Notes: a model not told the origin generated them from the letters alone. Positions 1 through 9,665 are shown, counted from the first letter of the stretch. The stretch: 64,000 bases of DNA from Methyloligellaceae bacterium (GCA_050633205.1 JBOEGA010000026.1:1412-65411); one strand, 5' to 3'. Made by a program: numbers and translations.

Positions 1-559
1 AATATGTATACCATTTGATTTAGAGGGGTATAAAAAACTTCCTTTGCAACAACTTAATGATTACCTTAATAGAGGGCTGATCGCTAAGACACCAAAAGCT
101 ATTCGTGAGTTTGATGAAACACGGTTTCCTAAGCATGAATATACCCAACTTCCCATTGCTCAAATTAGCGAATTTTTTATTGAACATTTTATAAAAGGTA
201 TGAAAGCTGTAGAAGGTGTATTTGAAATTCCTTCTTCTTTATTTTTAGAAGCAATTGAGAAATTCAGAAAAGCACAGTATAAAAATAAGTGGGTTTTAAA
301 AGCAAAGACTTTCAAAAAAGAACGGATAAAGGTAGTATTAGAAAATGAACTATTAATTTCTGATTTTCTCTTAAATCTTAAAATTTTATGTGATGACGAA
401 ATTGTATTCTCAGAGGTTCTGTTGCGTAGACCACCAAGTGAGTATATATTTCAACACCTCTTAAAAGGCCCATTAATCAAAAAAGTTTCCCCTCAGATAT
501 TATTTATTGATATAAGTGGACATACATATAGAAAAGATATTTCTGAGTATTTGAATTAG
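1..559 (+). CDS. hypothetical protein, probably 5'-truncated by the window edge
   Basis: The ORF track starts at TTG 44. The same frame (codons from nt 2) has no stop back to the window start. The product is Lys/Glu/Ile-rich and very AT-rich. I recognise no motif. Confidence 0.4.
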   Translation, partial: ICIPFDLEGYKKLPLQQLNDYLNRGLIAKTPKAIREFDETRFPKHEYTQLPIAQISEFFIEHFIKGMKAVEGVFEIPSSLFLEAIEKFRKAQYKNKWVLKAKTFKKERIKVVLENELLISDFLLNLKILCDDEIVFSEVLLRRPPSEYIFQHLLKGPLIKKVSPQILFIDISGHTYRKDISEYLN

Positions 560-864
560 TAAAAATAGTTAGAAGTATCCTCGCGGAGTTGCGATTGCAA
601 ATCACAACTGGCATAGTCCGGTTGCTTCCAGCTTGACGGAGGTGCTTGCAAGGATAAAAAAGATGCATCTGCAAGATAAGGCTATTGCTTGTCAGATTTT
701 GTAAACCAGACTTATTATTCTCGCCAGTCATTGTCATATGATGATGGTAATATATGCAAGTGTAGCAATCTCGATGAATCTCATGGTTCCCAGTACAAAA
801 CTTTGCGCAAGAGCCCGGGATTCATATTAAAACAGGTTAAAATCATCAGCCACAAATACCGACA

Positions 865-945
865 GGTGAATCCTCGTGAATATCCGGTGAATTGAGGTGA
901 GTTAAGCGTGAATTGGATGGGGTAAGTGGTGAATGAAACGTGAGA
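865..945 (+). repeat. array of about 8 direct (G/C)GTGA(A/G)T repeats at ~10.5-bp phasing
   Basis: Read directly: GTGAATCCTC GTGAATATCCG GTGAATTGAG GTGAGTTAAGC GTGAATTGGATGGG GTAAGTG GTGAATGAAAC GTGAGAGG. Spacings are 10, 11, 10, 11, 14+7 and 11. The array lies in non-coding DNA beside the integrase remnant. Confidence 0.5.
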
Positions 946-1062
946 GGATAAGTCAATTTTGCGGGTAAATCACAGGAATTCGCCAGGGGGATAATTTATT
1001 TTTTGCGACTGGAGTGTTGTGCGCCACCTGATCAAAAAAATTATTGCCCGGCCATATAATCC

Positions 1063-1206
1063 GGTCATAATAGGAGCACTCGTCACTGCTGCGACGCCAA
1101 CGGCAATATGATCTCTGGTGACGGGGGGGTGATCAGCTATTCGGCCTTTGACAAGCCGATAACCATTGCACGTGGCTGCAAGGCCAATGAGCTGATCTTG
1201 GCATGA
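1063..1206 (+). pseudogene. short YD/Rhs-repeat-like gene fragment
   Basis: Translation from 1093 gives DANGNMISGDGGVISYSAFDKPITIARGCKANELILA*. The 'DANGN...Y.AF(D/N)' pattern resembles YD-repeat units of Rhs/Tc-type polymorphic toxins. There is a stop just upstream and no start, and a G7 tract lies inside. Confidence 0.3.
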
Positions 1207-1273
1207 GGATATTGAGAGAGACGGTATAAAACCGCTGACGCAGGTTAATCTGTGATGTTCTGAGGGTTTCCTC

Positions 1274-1559
1274 TTAGCCTCGAAACAGCATTATTCTTAT
1301 ATGAGGCAAGCTTTTTTCCCCAACCCCAACACCTCACTCAACCTCTCCCCAAGCTGCTCATTCACCTCTCGCAACGGATCATGCGCCAGATGGGCATACC
1401 GTGCAGTCGTCTGAGGTCGCGTATGTCTGAGTAATTACCCAATCAATGGTAATGAAGTCCTGCTAGCAGCAAGGCTGGCAAAAGAGTGACGCAGATCGTG
1501 GAGGCGTACATCCATCAAAACCGGTAACCCTCTCCTTTTCAAGAGAGATGTGTCAGATC
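1274..1559 (-). pseudogene. tyrosine recombinase (phage-type integrase) C-terminal fragment with an internal stop
   Basis: The reverse strand translates to ...LKRRGLPVLMDVRLHDLRHSFASLAASRTSLPLIG*LLRHTRPQTTARYAHLAHDPLREVNEQLGERL... It has the HxLRH box and the catalytic-Tyr 'ARYAH' box. An in-frame TAA sits at 1435-1437. The N-terminal two thirds are missing, and the fragment abuts the IS fragment at 1560. Confidence 0.65.
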
Positions 1560-1790
1560 TTATCTCGACTTATTCACATTAACCCTGGTTTGTAGAAAAT
1601 AAGACGGATCGCCTTTCCTTCTTCTGACACTAAAATTTTTATATCGGCTGATGATCTTATATCCGGTTTTCCTTGAAATAATGGACTCTCTGCACAATGG
1701 AGCCATCTTCTTACCATCAAGAAGCCTGGCCACTAAACGAAGACGTTCATCCATACGATTACACTCCTTCCAGGGCATTCTGCTCTCCAT
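1560..1790 (-). mobile_element. IS481-family transposase N-terminal (HTH) stub, truncated
   Basis: MPWKECNRMDERLRLVARLLDGKKMAPLCRE.IISRKTGYKI..RYK matches the characteristic N-terminus of IS481-type transposases. The reading frame degenerates after about 50 aa. No catalytic DDE region follows. Confidence 0.6.
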
Positions 1791-1863
1791 AGCAAAATGC
1801 TAAAAGTGTAACCTATGTGTCCGGTCGTACACTTGTATTGGAGCTTCTGATGTACAAAGTTTA

Positions 1864-1901
1864 ATGTCCTTACAGTCAGGTGCTGTAAGGACATTTTTTT
1901 G
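1864..1901 (+). terminator. 12-bp perfect hairpin followed by a T-run
   Basis: The sequence is atgtccttacag-tcaggtg-ctgtaaggacat followed by ttttttt. The T-run is on the plus strand. The hairpin lies just downstream of the minus-strand tpsA stop, so it may act bidirectionally. Confidence 0.5.
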
Positions 1902-1919
1902 ACTATATGTCGAAATTAG

Positions 1920-4900
1920 TTACTTAGGTTCACATGAGTTTACCTCAGATTCACATGAATTTACCTCAGGTTCAAATACAGATGGGTCAATACTCTGCAA
2001 TTGTTCTGGTGCGCCTACCTCCTGAAGATCCGTTGGAGGAGGGGTAAAGTCCAGTTCTGGTTTGTCGATATTAACAGGTGGTGAACACCCCTTTGAACAC
2101 TTTTGTGCCGTGACTGAAATCAGGGCACCATATCCAATAGCTGGGACGACAACTTTCAAAACCTTCCTTCGTGTTATACTTGAGCCAGCCAATGCGGTTA
2201 TTAGTCTAAACTGGGCTTCAGGGTCTACAATTGTCGTTTGATCTTTTGCTCGCTTTCTCGCCAGCTCAGCCTTTTCATCTGCATCTACCAAAATTCCGGT
2301 TTCACTTGTTTGACGAGTATCTTTTCCCCCTTTGTTTACGATCTCAGGTTTACTCACTGCATTTCCGTTAGCATCTTCTATTACTTTTTCGTCAACCCAA
2401 CTGGAGCCATCCTCGGAAACTCTTCGGCGCGTAATTTCAATATTTCCATCGGGTAACTCTTTTCTATCCAGGATTTCACAACCATTATTATTGTGAACCC
2501 AGGCCCGGGTTTTGCCTACGAAATAGGTATGAGTATCTGCGACCTCGAAATTGTATACTTTCTTCTGTTTATTCTCAACTTTCATTGAACTGACTCTTAA
2601 AACAGAGCTTTGTCCTTTATTTGATGTTGAAGCGAGGTGAAGATATTCATTCTCAACACCAATACCACTGACAATGGCCTGACCTATTTTCAGATCGCCG
2701 GCTTTTATAAAGCCTTCGCCCGGTACATAAAACGGATGGTCTTTCGTTGTTTGGAATATTTCGGAGGAACCATTTTGATGTTCCAGTGTGAGATGCAGAA
2801 TATGGTCAGAGTTTCTTCTGAAAAGTTCAACAACAGGTTTGAATACTGTCTGTTTTGTGTGCTCATCTCGACTGACAACTAAATCACCAACTTTAATCTC
2901 CTCTATCGGTTTCATACCCTTTGAGGTCCATATTAATGTCCCTGCAACGAAGCACTTCGAAAGGTCATTCGCATTGGGGCCACCTTTATTGTCATGTGAA
3001 TTATGAGAAACATCCCTTGAACCGTCAGGCCTTTTCTTGTTGCCAACAATTTTTGACGCTTTTTTTCCAAGTCTGGTTTTTTGAGCAAGACTTGCTATTT
3101 TTCCAACACCTGCTGCTCCGATAAAGAGACTGATAATCTTGCCACCTCCAGCAAGCTTTTGTTGTGTTTCCTCATCAAGTTCATTCCAGTGTTTGCTGAC
3201 AACGTTGCCTGTTTCATCATCAACATACTTAACTACCGCATCAATATAGACACCGGGCACGCTTAATAATTCAAGAACAGCCTGTGTTTCATCAGGGAAT
3301 TGTTCGGCTGCCAGTGTAATTGCCCCTTGCACTCCGGCTTCAGTAAGCTCGGAAACACTATCATCTCCGGCTCCTACTTTTCTAACACCCTCAACCGGAT
3401 CGCCATCCCCTTCTGCAAGTACATAACCGATCACCACTCCAGCCAGTGCAGCCAGACAAAGTCCACCACATAATGCGTTATTTTCAGCAGCATTACCTCC
3501 TGTCATGGCTCCAACAGTAGCATCATGCCCAATAGCGGCTGCAGAAATAGCCCCTCCAATTCTAGCGATTTGAATCGTCGTGTTTTCGAACTCTTTATCG
3601 TTTGTCTGCTCTTTAATGGCCGCTGCCAGTTCGGAAGGGGAAATTTCGCCATTAGCCAAAGCCTCTACTTTTTCCAGAATTTTATCTTCAGCAGCTGATT
3701 GTATTCTATCTGCAATAAACTCGCCGGCTACTGCACCTACGGCGCCACCTACACAATCCTTGCTTGCCAGTTGTCCAACTGCACATCCCAATGCTGCATG
3801 AGCGCCATAATGAACAACTTCCCCTATATCTCCGGCATGGTATGCATCGCCTATCGCTGTGGCGCCGACTGTGGCGACAGTGTTAATACCTGCAGTTTTC
3901 AGGTTATCAACGAGGTGATCTTCAAACTTACCACCTGCAATAAGTGTTGTAGCCGAGGCCGATATAATAGCTCTTGTAGTATTTGTTACTGATGCCTCAA
4001 TTATCTGAGCAGGTATCTTATCAAGGCCGTTAGCCTGAAGCTGTGTTGCACTTGCTCCAAGAGTATCCAGTACCTGAGGTAAAATTGCCTGAGTAGCGCC
4101 TGCAGTTACTGCTGAAATAGCGACTTTTGCAAGAGTTTCTGTCGACGTTAGTTCTTGCAGTATTTTAACAGGGTTACCCTGATTGTTAATGGTACTTAGA
4201 ACAGCAGTATTAATGAGCGTATGTGTCGCTGCAGCTATGGCAGCATTGGCGACAGTACCCTGAGCTGCTCCCAGAGCAACTCCAACCCCTGAACCTGCAC
4301 CGAATGTAACGATAGTGACAACAGCAGTAACGACGACGGTACCAACAACGCTTAAGCCCTGGGATGTGTCATCCCAATGCCTGTTCTCGGCAATAACTGC
4401 AGTCCATTCTATATCTTCATTCTGGGCAATCTGCTTGATCCACTGGTGCCCTTCATCTCCTGCAATCTTATCTATAGAGTTATCAAACTGCCTGTCCAGA
4501 ATACTCTGCTTATGATCAGCAAATTTGTTCCCGGACATATTACGAAGGTTTTTTATTTCTTTTATAGAAAGAGGAGAATTTGACGCTCCACCTCTCGGGG
4601 CAATATAACGCTCAAATTCTTCGTCACTCATACTCTGGATGTTGTCGTAATTATCCAGTGTCCATTGCTCGTCTTTTGTGAGGGGTTGTTGTTCATACTC
4701 AACACTGACATGTTTTACCTGTCTGGTATCTATGCCACCACCTTCATTATTTATAATTGTAGCATGGATAATGGTTTCATTCGATGCGCCTTTACTGTTG
4801 TTATGAAACCAGAAGAAACTGCTCTCATCAGTTGTTGTATTTGTAATAACAACGTCCTTGGCTGCATTGAACTGTAATTTACCATTTGGTACTACAAATA

Positions 4901-7900
4901 CTGGTTTTGTGTCAGTCTCTATTCGTGTACCCCCATCAACAATGACATCGCCATTCTTAGATTGGGTTGTAAGGTTTTTTCCATTGAGGGTTGTACCAAC
5001 TGTTTTGATTTCTGTGCGGCTTGATTTTTTATCAACATCATTTGACCACGGGTTGACTACACCAGCCCAGCCTGCTGTTTCCACTTTCAGAGAAACAGTG
5101 GTTTCCTGCACATCGTGCACATCTCCGTATGTGACGCCCTCATTTCCGGAAACCAGAACATCATCACCCCATGATAAATCACCACCTATAATGCTTGTTG
5201 CTCCATCAGCATGAATAGTAAGGTTACCACCTGCTGATACGCCTGATTTTTTATTGGTAAGGTTATAAGTGGTACGGGAACCTGATATATCAACGTCTTT
5301 AAAACCAATTAAACCAAAACCGAGTAAAGGGGCTATTGCTATTCCCGCATTAACTTCAACGTCTTTGCCGCTGGAGCTGAAGCTTGTCTTAAATTCACTT
5401 TCAGTTTGTTGTGCATAGATGTTGATATCACCGCCAGCTACCAGCGTAGCGTCATTGCCAGCGCTAATGTCCCCGCCGATTGAATTGATATTGGTATCAG
5501 ATTCCAGAGCGAGATCATTTTTAGCCGTGATAGAAGCTGTCGTATTCAGCCTTTCCCGATAACCGTTTTTATAAACATTTCTTGTAACAGTTGTCTCATT
5601 GTGAATTGCAGTAGCCTTGATACCTACATTATTTCCAGAGATCTCACCTGAGATATTTTCCAGCAACCCAATGCCGGCAATAACATTTCCGTCCTCATCG
5701 ACTTTAAATGAAGTTAAATCCCCAATGGAAGCAATGCGACCACCAAGATTTTTAAGATGGTCAGCTTCCAGGTGCATATCGCCACCGGAGCTTATGGTGC
5801 CGGAGTTATGGATGGTGCCGGCTGACAGTATTGTACCCTGATCACCATGAATGATTGCTCCACCAGCTACCAGGGTCTCTTTTGCAGTCTTCTGCGTTAG
5901 ATACACTTTTGGGGCAAGTACCATTTTTCCGTCAACTTCGACAGCAACGAGCCAGATAATATCTTTTTTGAGAGCTGCAACCTGTTCCGCTGTCAGAGCA
6001 ACGCCAAGAGTTAATTTTAAATCACCGGCTACTTCTGCGGCATTATCATAGAGTGTTTCCATCATGTCGCTGGTATCAGTATAACCGTTCAGGATATTAT
6101 TGCCTGTCAGGTTAATAAGCTGGTTTTCGACGAGACGGTTTTCAACATACGCATCACCAAGTCTTTTCTGAATATCATTGGGATTGATATCCATGCGTTC
6201 AAGGAATTTATCAGAACCGTAGAAATTTCCAAGATCAGTAAAACGTGGGTCAGATTCATAAACGAAAGAACCGTCGGGGTTGGGGCTGGTTATAATAAGC
6301 CCACTGCGTCCAAAGTCTTTAAGCGCTGAGTTTGCGGGAAGTCCGATCTGTATAAGGCTGGCCCCTCCCATCGTTTGCTTGCCTCTGGTCTGACTATGCA
6401 AACGGTTGGTTTCAAGTTGTTCCCAACCAAAAATATTTTCTTGCTGGTTCTTAATCTGTTCGGTATGTGAGCCTTTTACCTTGCCTCCTTTTGCTGTGAT
6501 GGTTGAAGCAAGATATCCTATAACTTCGGTATCAGTATCGTGCTCATCATGAGTATAGGTATGTGTGTCGTGATCAAAACAAATGCCAAGAATTCTTGTC
6601 GCACAATAACGTTCTGAGTGTGTTGTTGTTGTCGTTGTATCTGTGGTTCGTCTAAGTTCAAGCGCAGTGTTCTCAAGTGTTTCGCCAATTATTGTCAGGT
6701 CTCCCCCACCTGAAGCAATCAGGCTGTATTTGTTAACCACATGCGTAGCATCAATAAGCATGCTGCTGCCTGATAGGATTTGTCCCGGAGCGGTAAGATT
6801 ATCTTCATTAATACTATCCTCCCTGACCCTGACGTGTTTTGTTGTTCCGGATCCAAGGTCAAATGTTTCGTCGCTGACCTGATTGGTTTCTTTCCCAACA
6901 TTTGTGTTGCTTCTGGTATTGGTGACACGGGTAGCTTTAATGAAAAGTGGCCCGCTGAATGTCTGAATGATTCCGGACGAGTTTGTTATGCTGTTTGTTC
7001 GACCAAAATCATTTAAATCTTTAGCATCATCGCTTTTTGCCAGACCTGTAATCAACATTTGGTTCTCCGCGAGAATTTCCCCTCGCGAATTCAATAGTGT
7101 ATTACCAACCTGAATGGTGGCATTGTTCCCTGCGTAGATAACTCCCTGGTAGTTTTTGAGGTCCTCGGTCACGTCGAGGAAAATATCCCCATCTTTACTG
7201 CCTATGCCTGAAGAGTTGCTAAGATCTTTTGCAGACAAGAAAAGCAAACCATTGCCAATTATAGTATTTCTGTTGTCAACCTCACCGCCGGCTTCTACGA
7301 CGAGAACATTCTCTGAGAATATCTTTTTATGGTTCTGAATGTTACATTCTGCCGTAATATTTAAAAACTCTGCTGCAGTGATATCTCCTGAATTGGTAAT
7401 ATTATGGGCTGTTAGATTGAGCGTATGATCTGAATTGATTTCAGCACCTTCTTCATTGGCCAGGCTGCCTGTCAGTACGAGGTCAGCTTGTCCTGCTGCA
7501 TAGATAACTCCCTTGTTGATGAGGCTGCCTGATATAGCAACTGGTCCACCTTCACCAAATTCACCAGCCAGAACCTGCGGAAGGCCGATATCAGGGCGGT
7601 TGACCCCGTGATCACTATTAATATTCAATTCAAGTAAGCCAGCTTTAATATTGCCTTCATTATGGAGTGCTGACGTATTGATGATAAGCGTACCGCTACT
7701 CAGGATTTCAGATCCATTGGGGTTACTTCTTGTATAAGCATAGCGGTTATGAATACCTTTGGCTGTAATTTCCAGCCTTTCACCACTGAATACGGCTCCG
7801 CTGTTAGTAAAAATACCTGTTATGTCCGCAACAACTGTTCCTTGTTCACTGCCCACTCCACCGTGGTTATTCCAGCTTTCGGCATTTATACTGAGATCAG

Positions 7901-9602
7901 CACCTGCCATTGTTGCACTATTCGCAGCCGTATATAACCTGTGTTTGATATCCAGCGAAACGTTGCCTGTGGGGTCTCCTGTGCTTTCTGCACCAGCAAA
8001 AATAACTCCATAATTGCTAAGGTTATTTGCAACAATCGTTACTTCATTTCCGGCAACAGTATTGCCTGTATTGTTGATGTCAGAGGCATTGATAGTGATT
8101 GTATCACCTGCACCAAGCTCTCCTCCTCCATAATTAATAATAGTATCGGAATTGATTGTCAGAGAGGCCAGCTGGCTAATTACAATGCCCCTGTTTTTTA
8201 ATGTTGCAGCATTAATTTTAATGCCTTCTGTGCCAGCAAGAACACCATCCCCCTCATTTCTAAACTCATCACTTATATTGAGAGCCAGCTTGCCAATAGC
8301 CTGAAAATTTCCTGCATTTTCTCCTGAGCGAGAGGATATGTTGATGTTACCACCAGAAACGACCGTTCCCCCCTGATTACTGACAAAGCCAGCTTCTACA
8401 ATGAGATTAACATTTTCTGACAACTCTCCATCAGCATTGAGACCGGCAGCCAGCATAGCATCTTGCTTAAGTATCAAATCTGAGGTGCCTGTTTGCAGAA
8501 CAAGTTGGCCTTTGGAAGCAGCAACTGATTTTTCGAGTAGAGTAATTCCCTTATTGGCCAGTATTTCCAGGCCTGTCTCTGACCAAACAGCCGTATCTTT
8601 AGCAAATGTAATTGAACTTTTCTTAGATTGAATGCTTATTCTGCCTTGTGAGCTTGCAGAGCCAAGAACAATTTTTCCACTAGCAGTCAGAGTAATTCCT
8701 CCGGAGCCAGCTGTCATTTGTTTGGGAGTGCGCATGCCCACGCCATTTTCAGTGCCGACAAAGGTAATTCTATTTGCATAGGCTCCGCCTAATAGACTGG
8801 AATCAATTCCAAATTCAGGTTTTCCAGAGCCATTATCTGCTTTTGCTTTAACTACTCTTTTGACATAATCAAAATCATTGCGCCCGGCATATACTCCAAT
8901 ATCTTTACCGTGTATTGCGCCGTTAATAGCGACAGAGCGTGTCACAACATCAAAATAGTCCGTGCCGCGCGCATCGACCGCAAAGTCACCGCCATCCCGC
9001 TTAGCCTGCTCAAATCTAATATCCCCGTCTTCTACTGAGAGGCCCAGAAGTTCACCTGTACTTTGATCCAGTACAGGCCTCCCTGTCGAAAGAGTTGCAC
9101 GGGGTATATTATGAAATCCACACCCCTTACAGGTTATGCCATTTGGGTTTGCCAGGATAAACTGTGCTGATGGGCCAAAGACTTCAACATAACCCTGTAA
9201 GTTAGAGCGATTGCCACTTGTAACCTCATTTAATATGATACGAGCACTTTTCCCCTGCAGCTGCTCATTGCCGAAGATAATCCCCCCAAGAGCTGACTGA
9301 CCGTGCTTCGTACTGTTGTTAAGAACAGCGCCTCCCGTACTGACGTTAAAGTCAGTATATTTATTATGAGATACTCCAGCCTGATTGGGTTTTGCTATAT
9401 CGACTACCGTTACGCCATTGTCTGCCGTGCCTACTATGGGCTGGTTCTGACGCGAAGCGTTGGTATCGGCTTTAATTTTTGATGCCTGAGCAAAAGAGGG
9501 AAGAATTGTGCTCATAAAGAATGATATTGCAGTTATGCAGGCTATTGCTCCACGAGCAATCTTATGCCTGGATACCAGAGTTGAGAATCCAATTCGTTTC
9601 AT
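1920..9602 (-). CDS. giant TpsA/CdiA-like filamentous-haemagglutinin-family exoprotein (2560 aa) with a C-terminal Hint domain
   Basis: The N-terminus has an extended signal peptide plus a TPS secretion domain ([29 protein letters not shown]). Long beta-helical FHA-type repeats follow. Then come LTAEQVAALKKDIIWLVAVEVDGKMVLAPKVYL, a Gly/Ala-rich pretoxin region with HYGAHAALGCAVGQLASKDCVGGAVGAVAGE, then GGNAAENNAL (VENN-like), a Hint domain and a 190-aa tail. Confidence 0.9.
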   Translation of the reverse strand: MKRIGFSTLVSRHKIARGAIACITAISFFMSTILPSFAQASKIKADTNASRQNQPIVGTADNGVTVVDIAKPNQAGVSHNKYTDFNVSTGGAVLNNSTKHGQSALGGIIFGNEQLQGKSARIILNEVTSGNRSNLQGYVEVFGPSAQFILANPNGITCKGCGFHNIPRATLSTGRPVLDQSTGELLGLSVEDGDIRFEQAKRDGGDFAVDARGTDYFDVVTRSVAINGAIHGKDIGVYAGRNDFDYVKRVVKAKADNGSGKPEFGIDSSLLGGAYANRITFVGTENGVGMRTPKQMTAGSGGITLTASGKIVLGSASSQGRISIQSKKSSITFAKDTAVWSETGLEILANKGITLLEKSVAASKGQLVLQTGTSDLILKQDAMLAAGLNADGELSENVNLIVEAGFVSNQGGTVVSGGNINISSRSGENAGNFQAIGKLALNISDEFRNEGDGVLAGTEGIKINAATLKNRGIVISQLASLTINSDTIINYGGGELGAGDTITINASDINNTGNTVAGNEVTIVANNLSNYGVIFAGAESTGDPTGNVSLDIKHRLYTAANSATMAGADLSINAESWNNHGGVGSEQGTVVADITGIFTNSGAVFSGERLEITAKGIHNRYAYTRSNPNGSEILSSGTLIINTSALHNEGNIKAGLLELNINSDHGVNRPDIGLPQVLAGEFGEGGPVAISGSLINKGVIYAAGQADLVLTGSLANEEGAEINSDHTLNLTAHNITNSGDITAAEFLNITAECNIQNHKKIFSENVLVVEAGGEVDNRNTIIGNGLLFLSAKDLSNSSGIGSKDGDIFLDVTEDLKNYQGVIYAGNNATIQVGNTLLNSRGEILAENQMLITGLAKSDDAKDLNDFGRTNSITNSSGIIQTFSGPLFIKATRVTNTRSNTNVGKETNQVSDETFDLGSGTTKHVRVREDSINEDNLTAPGQILSGSSMLIDATHVVNKYSLIASGGGDLTIIGETLENTALELRRTTDTTTTTTHSERYCATRILGICFDHDTHTYTHDEHDTDTEVIGYLASTITAKGGKVKGSHTEQIKNQQENIFGWEQLETNRLHSQTRGKQTMGGASLIQIGLPANSALKDFGRSGLIITSPNPDGSFVYESDPRFTDLGNFYGSDKFLERMDINPNDIQKRLGDAYVENRLVENQLINLTGNNILNGYTDTSDMMETLYDNAAEVAGDLKLTLGVALTAEQVAALKKDIIWLVAVEVDGKMVLAPKVYLTQKTAKETLVAGGAIIHGDQGTILSAGTIHNSGTISSGGDMHLEADHLKNLGGRIASIGDLTSFKVDEDGNVIAGIGLLENISGEISGNNVGIKATAIHNETTVTRNVYKNGYRERLNTTASITAKNDLALESDTNINSIGGDISAGNDATLVAGGDINIYAQQTESEFKTSFSSSGKDVEVNAGIAIAPLLGFGLIGFKDVDISGSRTTYNLTNKKSGVSAGGNLTIHADGATSIIGGDLSWGDDVLVSGNEGVTYGDVHDVQETTVSLKVETAGWAGVVNPWSNDVDKKSSRTEIKTVGTTLNGKNLTTQSKNGDVIVDGGTRIETDTKPVFVVPNGKLQFNAAKDVVITNTTTDESSFFWFHNNSKGASNETIIHATIINNEGGGIDTRQVKHVSVEYEQQPLTKDEQWTLDNYDNIQSMSDEEFERYIAPRGGASNSPLSIKEIKNLRNMSGNKFADHKQSILDRQFDNSIDKIAGDEGHQWIKQIAQNEDIEWTAVIAENRHWDDTSQGLSVVGTVVVTAVVTIVTFGAGSGVGVALGAAQGTVANAAIAAATHTLINTAVLSTINNQGNPVKILQELTSTETLAKVAISAVTAGATQAILPQVLDTLGASATQLQANGLDKIPAQIIEASVTNTTRAIISASATTLIAGGKFEDHLVDNLKTAGINTVATVGATAIGDAYHAGDIGEVVHYGAHAALGCAVGQLASKDCVGGAVGAVAGEFIADRIQSAAEDKILEKVEALANGEISPSELAAAIKEQTNDKEFENTTIQIARIGGAISAAAIGHDATVGAMTGGNAAENNALCGGLCLAALAGVVIGYVLAEGDGDPVEGVRKVGAGDDSVSELTEAGVQGAITLAAEQFPDETQAVLELLSVPGVYIDAVVKYVDDETGNVVSKHWNELDEETQQKLAGGGKIISLFIGAAGVGKIASLAQKTRLGKKASKIVGNKKRPDGSRDVSHNSHDNKGGPNANDLSKCFVAGTLIWTSKGMKPIEEIKVGDLVVSRDEHTKQTVFKPVVELFRRNSDHILHLTLEHQNGSSEIFQTTKDHPFYVPGEGFIKAGDLKIGQAIVSGIGVENEYLHLASTSNKGQSSVLRVSSMKVENKQKKVYNFEVADTHTYFVGKTRAWVHNNNGCEILDRKELPDGNIEITRRRVSEDGSSWVDEKVIEDANGNAVSKPEIVNKGGKDTRQTSETGILVDADEKAELARKRAKDQTTIVDPEAQFRLITALAGSSITRRKVLKVVVPAIGYGALISVTAQKCSKGCSPPVNIDKPELDFTPPPTDLQEVGAPEQLQSIDPSVFEPEVNSCESEVNSCEPK
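2490..2954 (-). other. Hint / bacterial intein-like (BIL) domain inside the TpsA C-terminal region
   Basis: The domain starts at Cys in SK|CFVAGTLIWTSKGMKPIEEIKVGDLVVSRD. It ends VYNFEVADTHTYFVGKTRAWVHN|NNGC. These are the canonical Hint N-terminal Cys block and the C-terminal 'HN' block. Confidence 0.8.
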
Positions 9603-9665
9603 TTAGAAACACTCCTAATATGAATAACAATTCTACCAAATCAGATCCCCATCTATCGGTAGTGT

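Noticed and set aside
504-895. ORFs 504-737 (minus strand) and 689-895 (plus strand) lie in the debris region.
   Set aside because: There is no recognisable motif, the codon character is poor, and they overlap each other and the phased repeat array. I treat this as non-coding DNA.
1791-1919. A ~53-codon minus-strand ORF immediately downstream of tpsA could be a cdiI-like immunity gene.
   Set aside because: It starts inside the terminator-like hairpin, runs into the IS481 stub in a different frame, has no RBS, and its composition looks random. It is not credible as a gene.
2238-8631. About twenty plus-strand ORFs of 60-120 aa lie inside the tpsA gene.
   Set aside because: All lie antisense to a 2560-codon ORF with clear TPS/FHA homology. 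They are low-complexity Ser/Cys/Thr-rich shadow frames with no RBS context or motifs.
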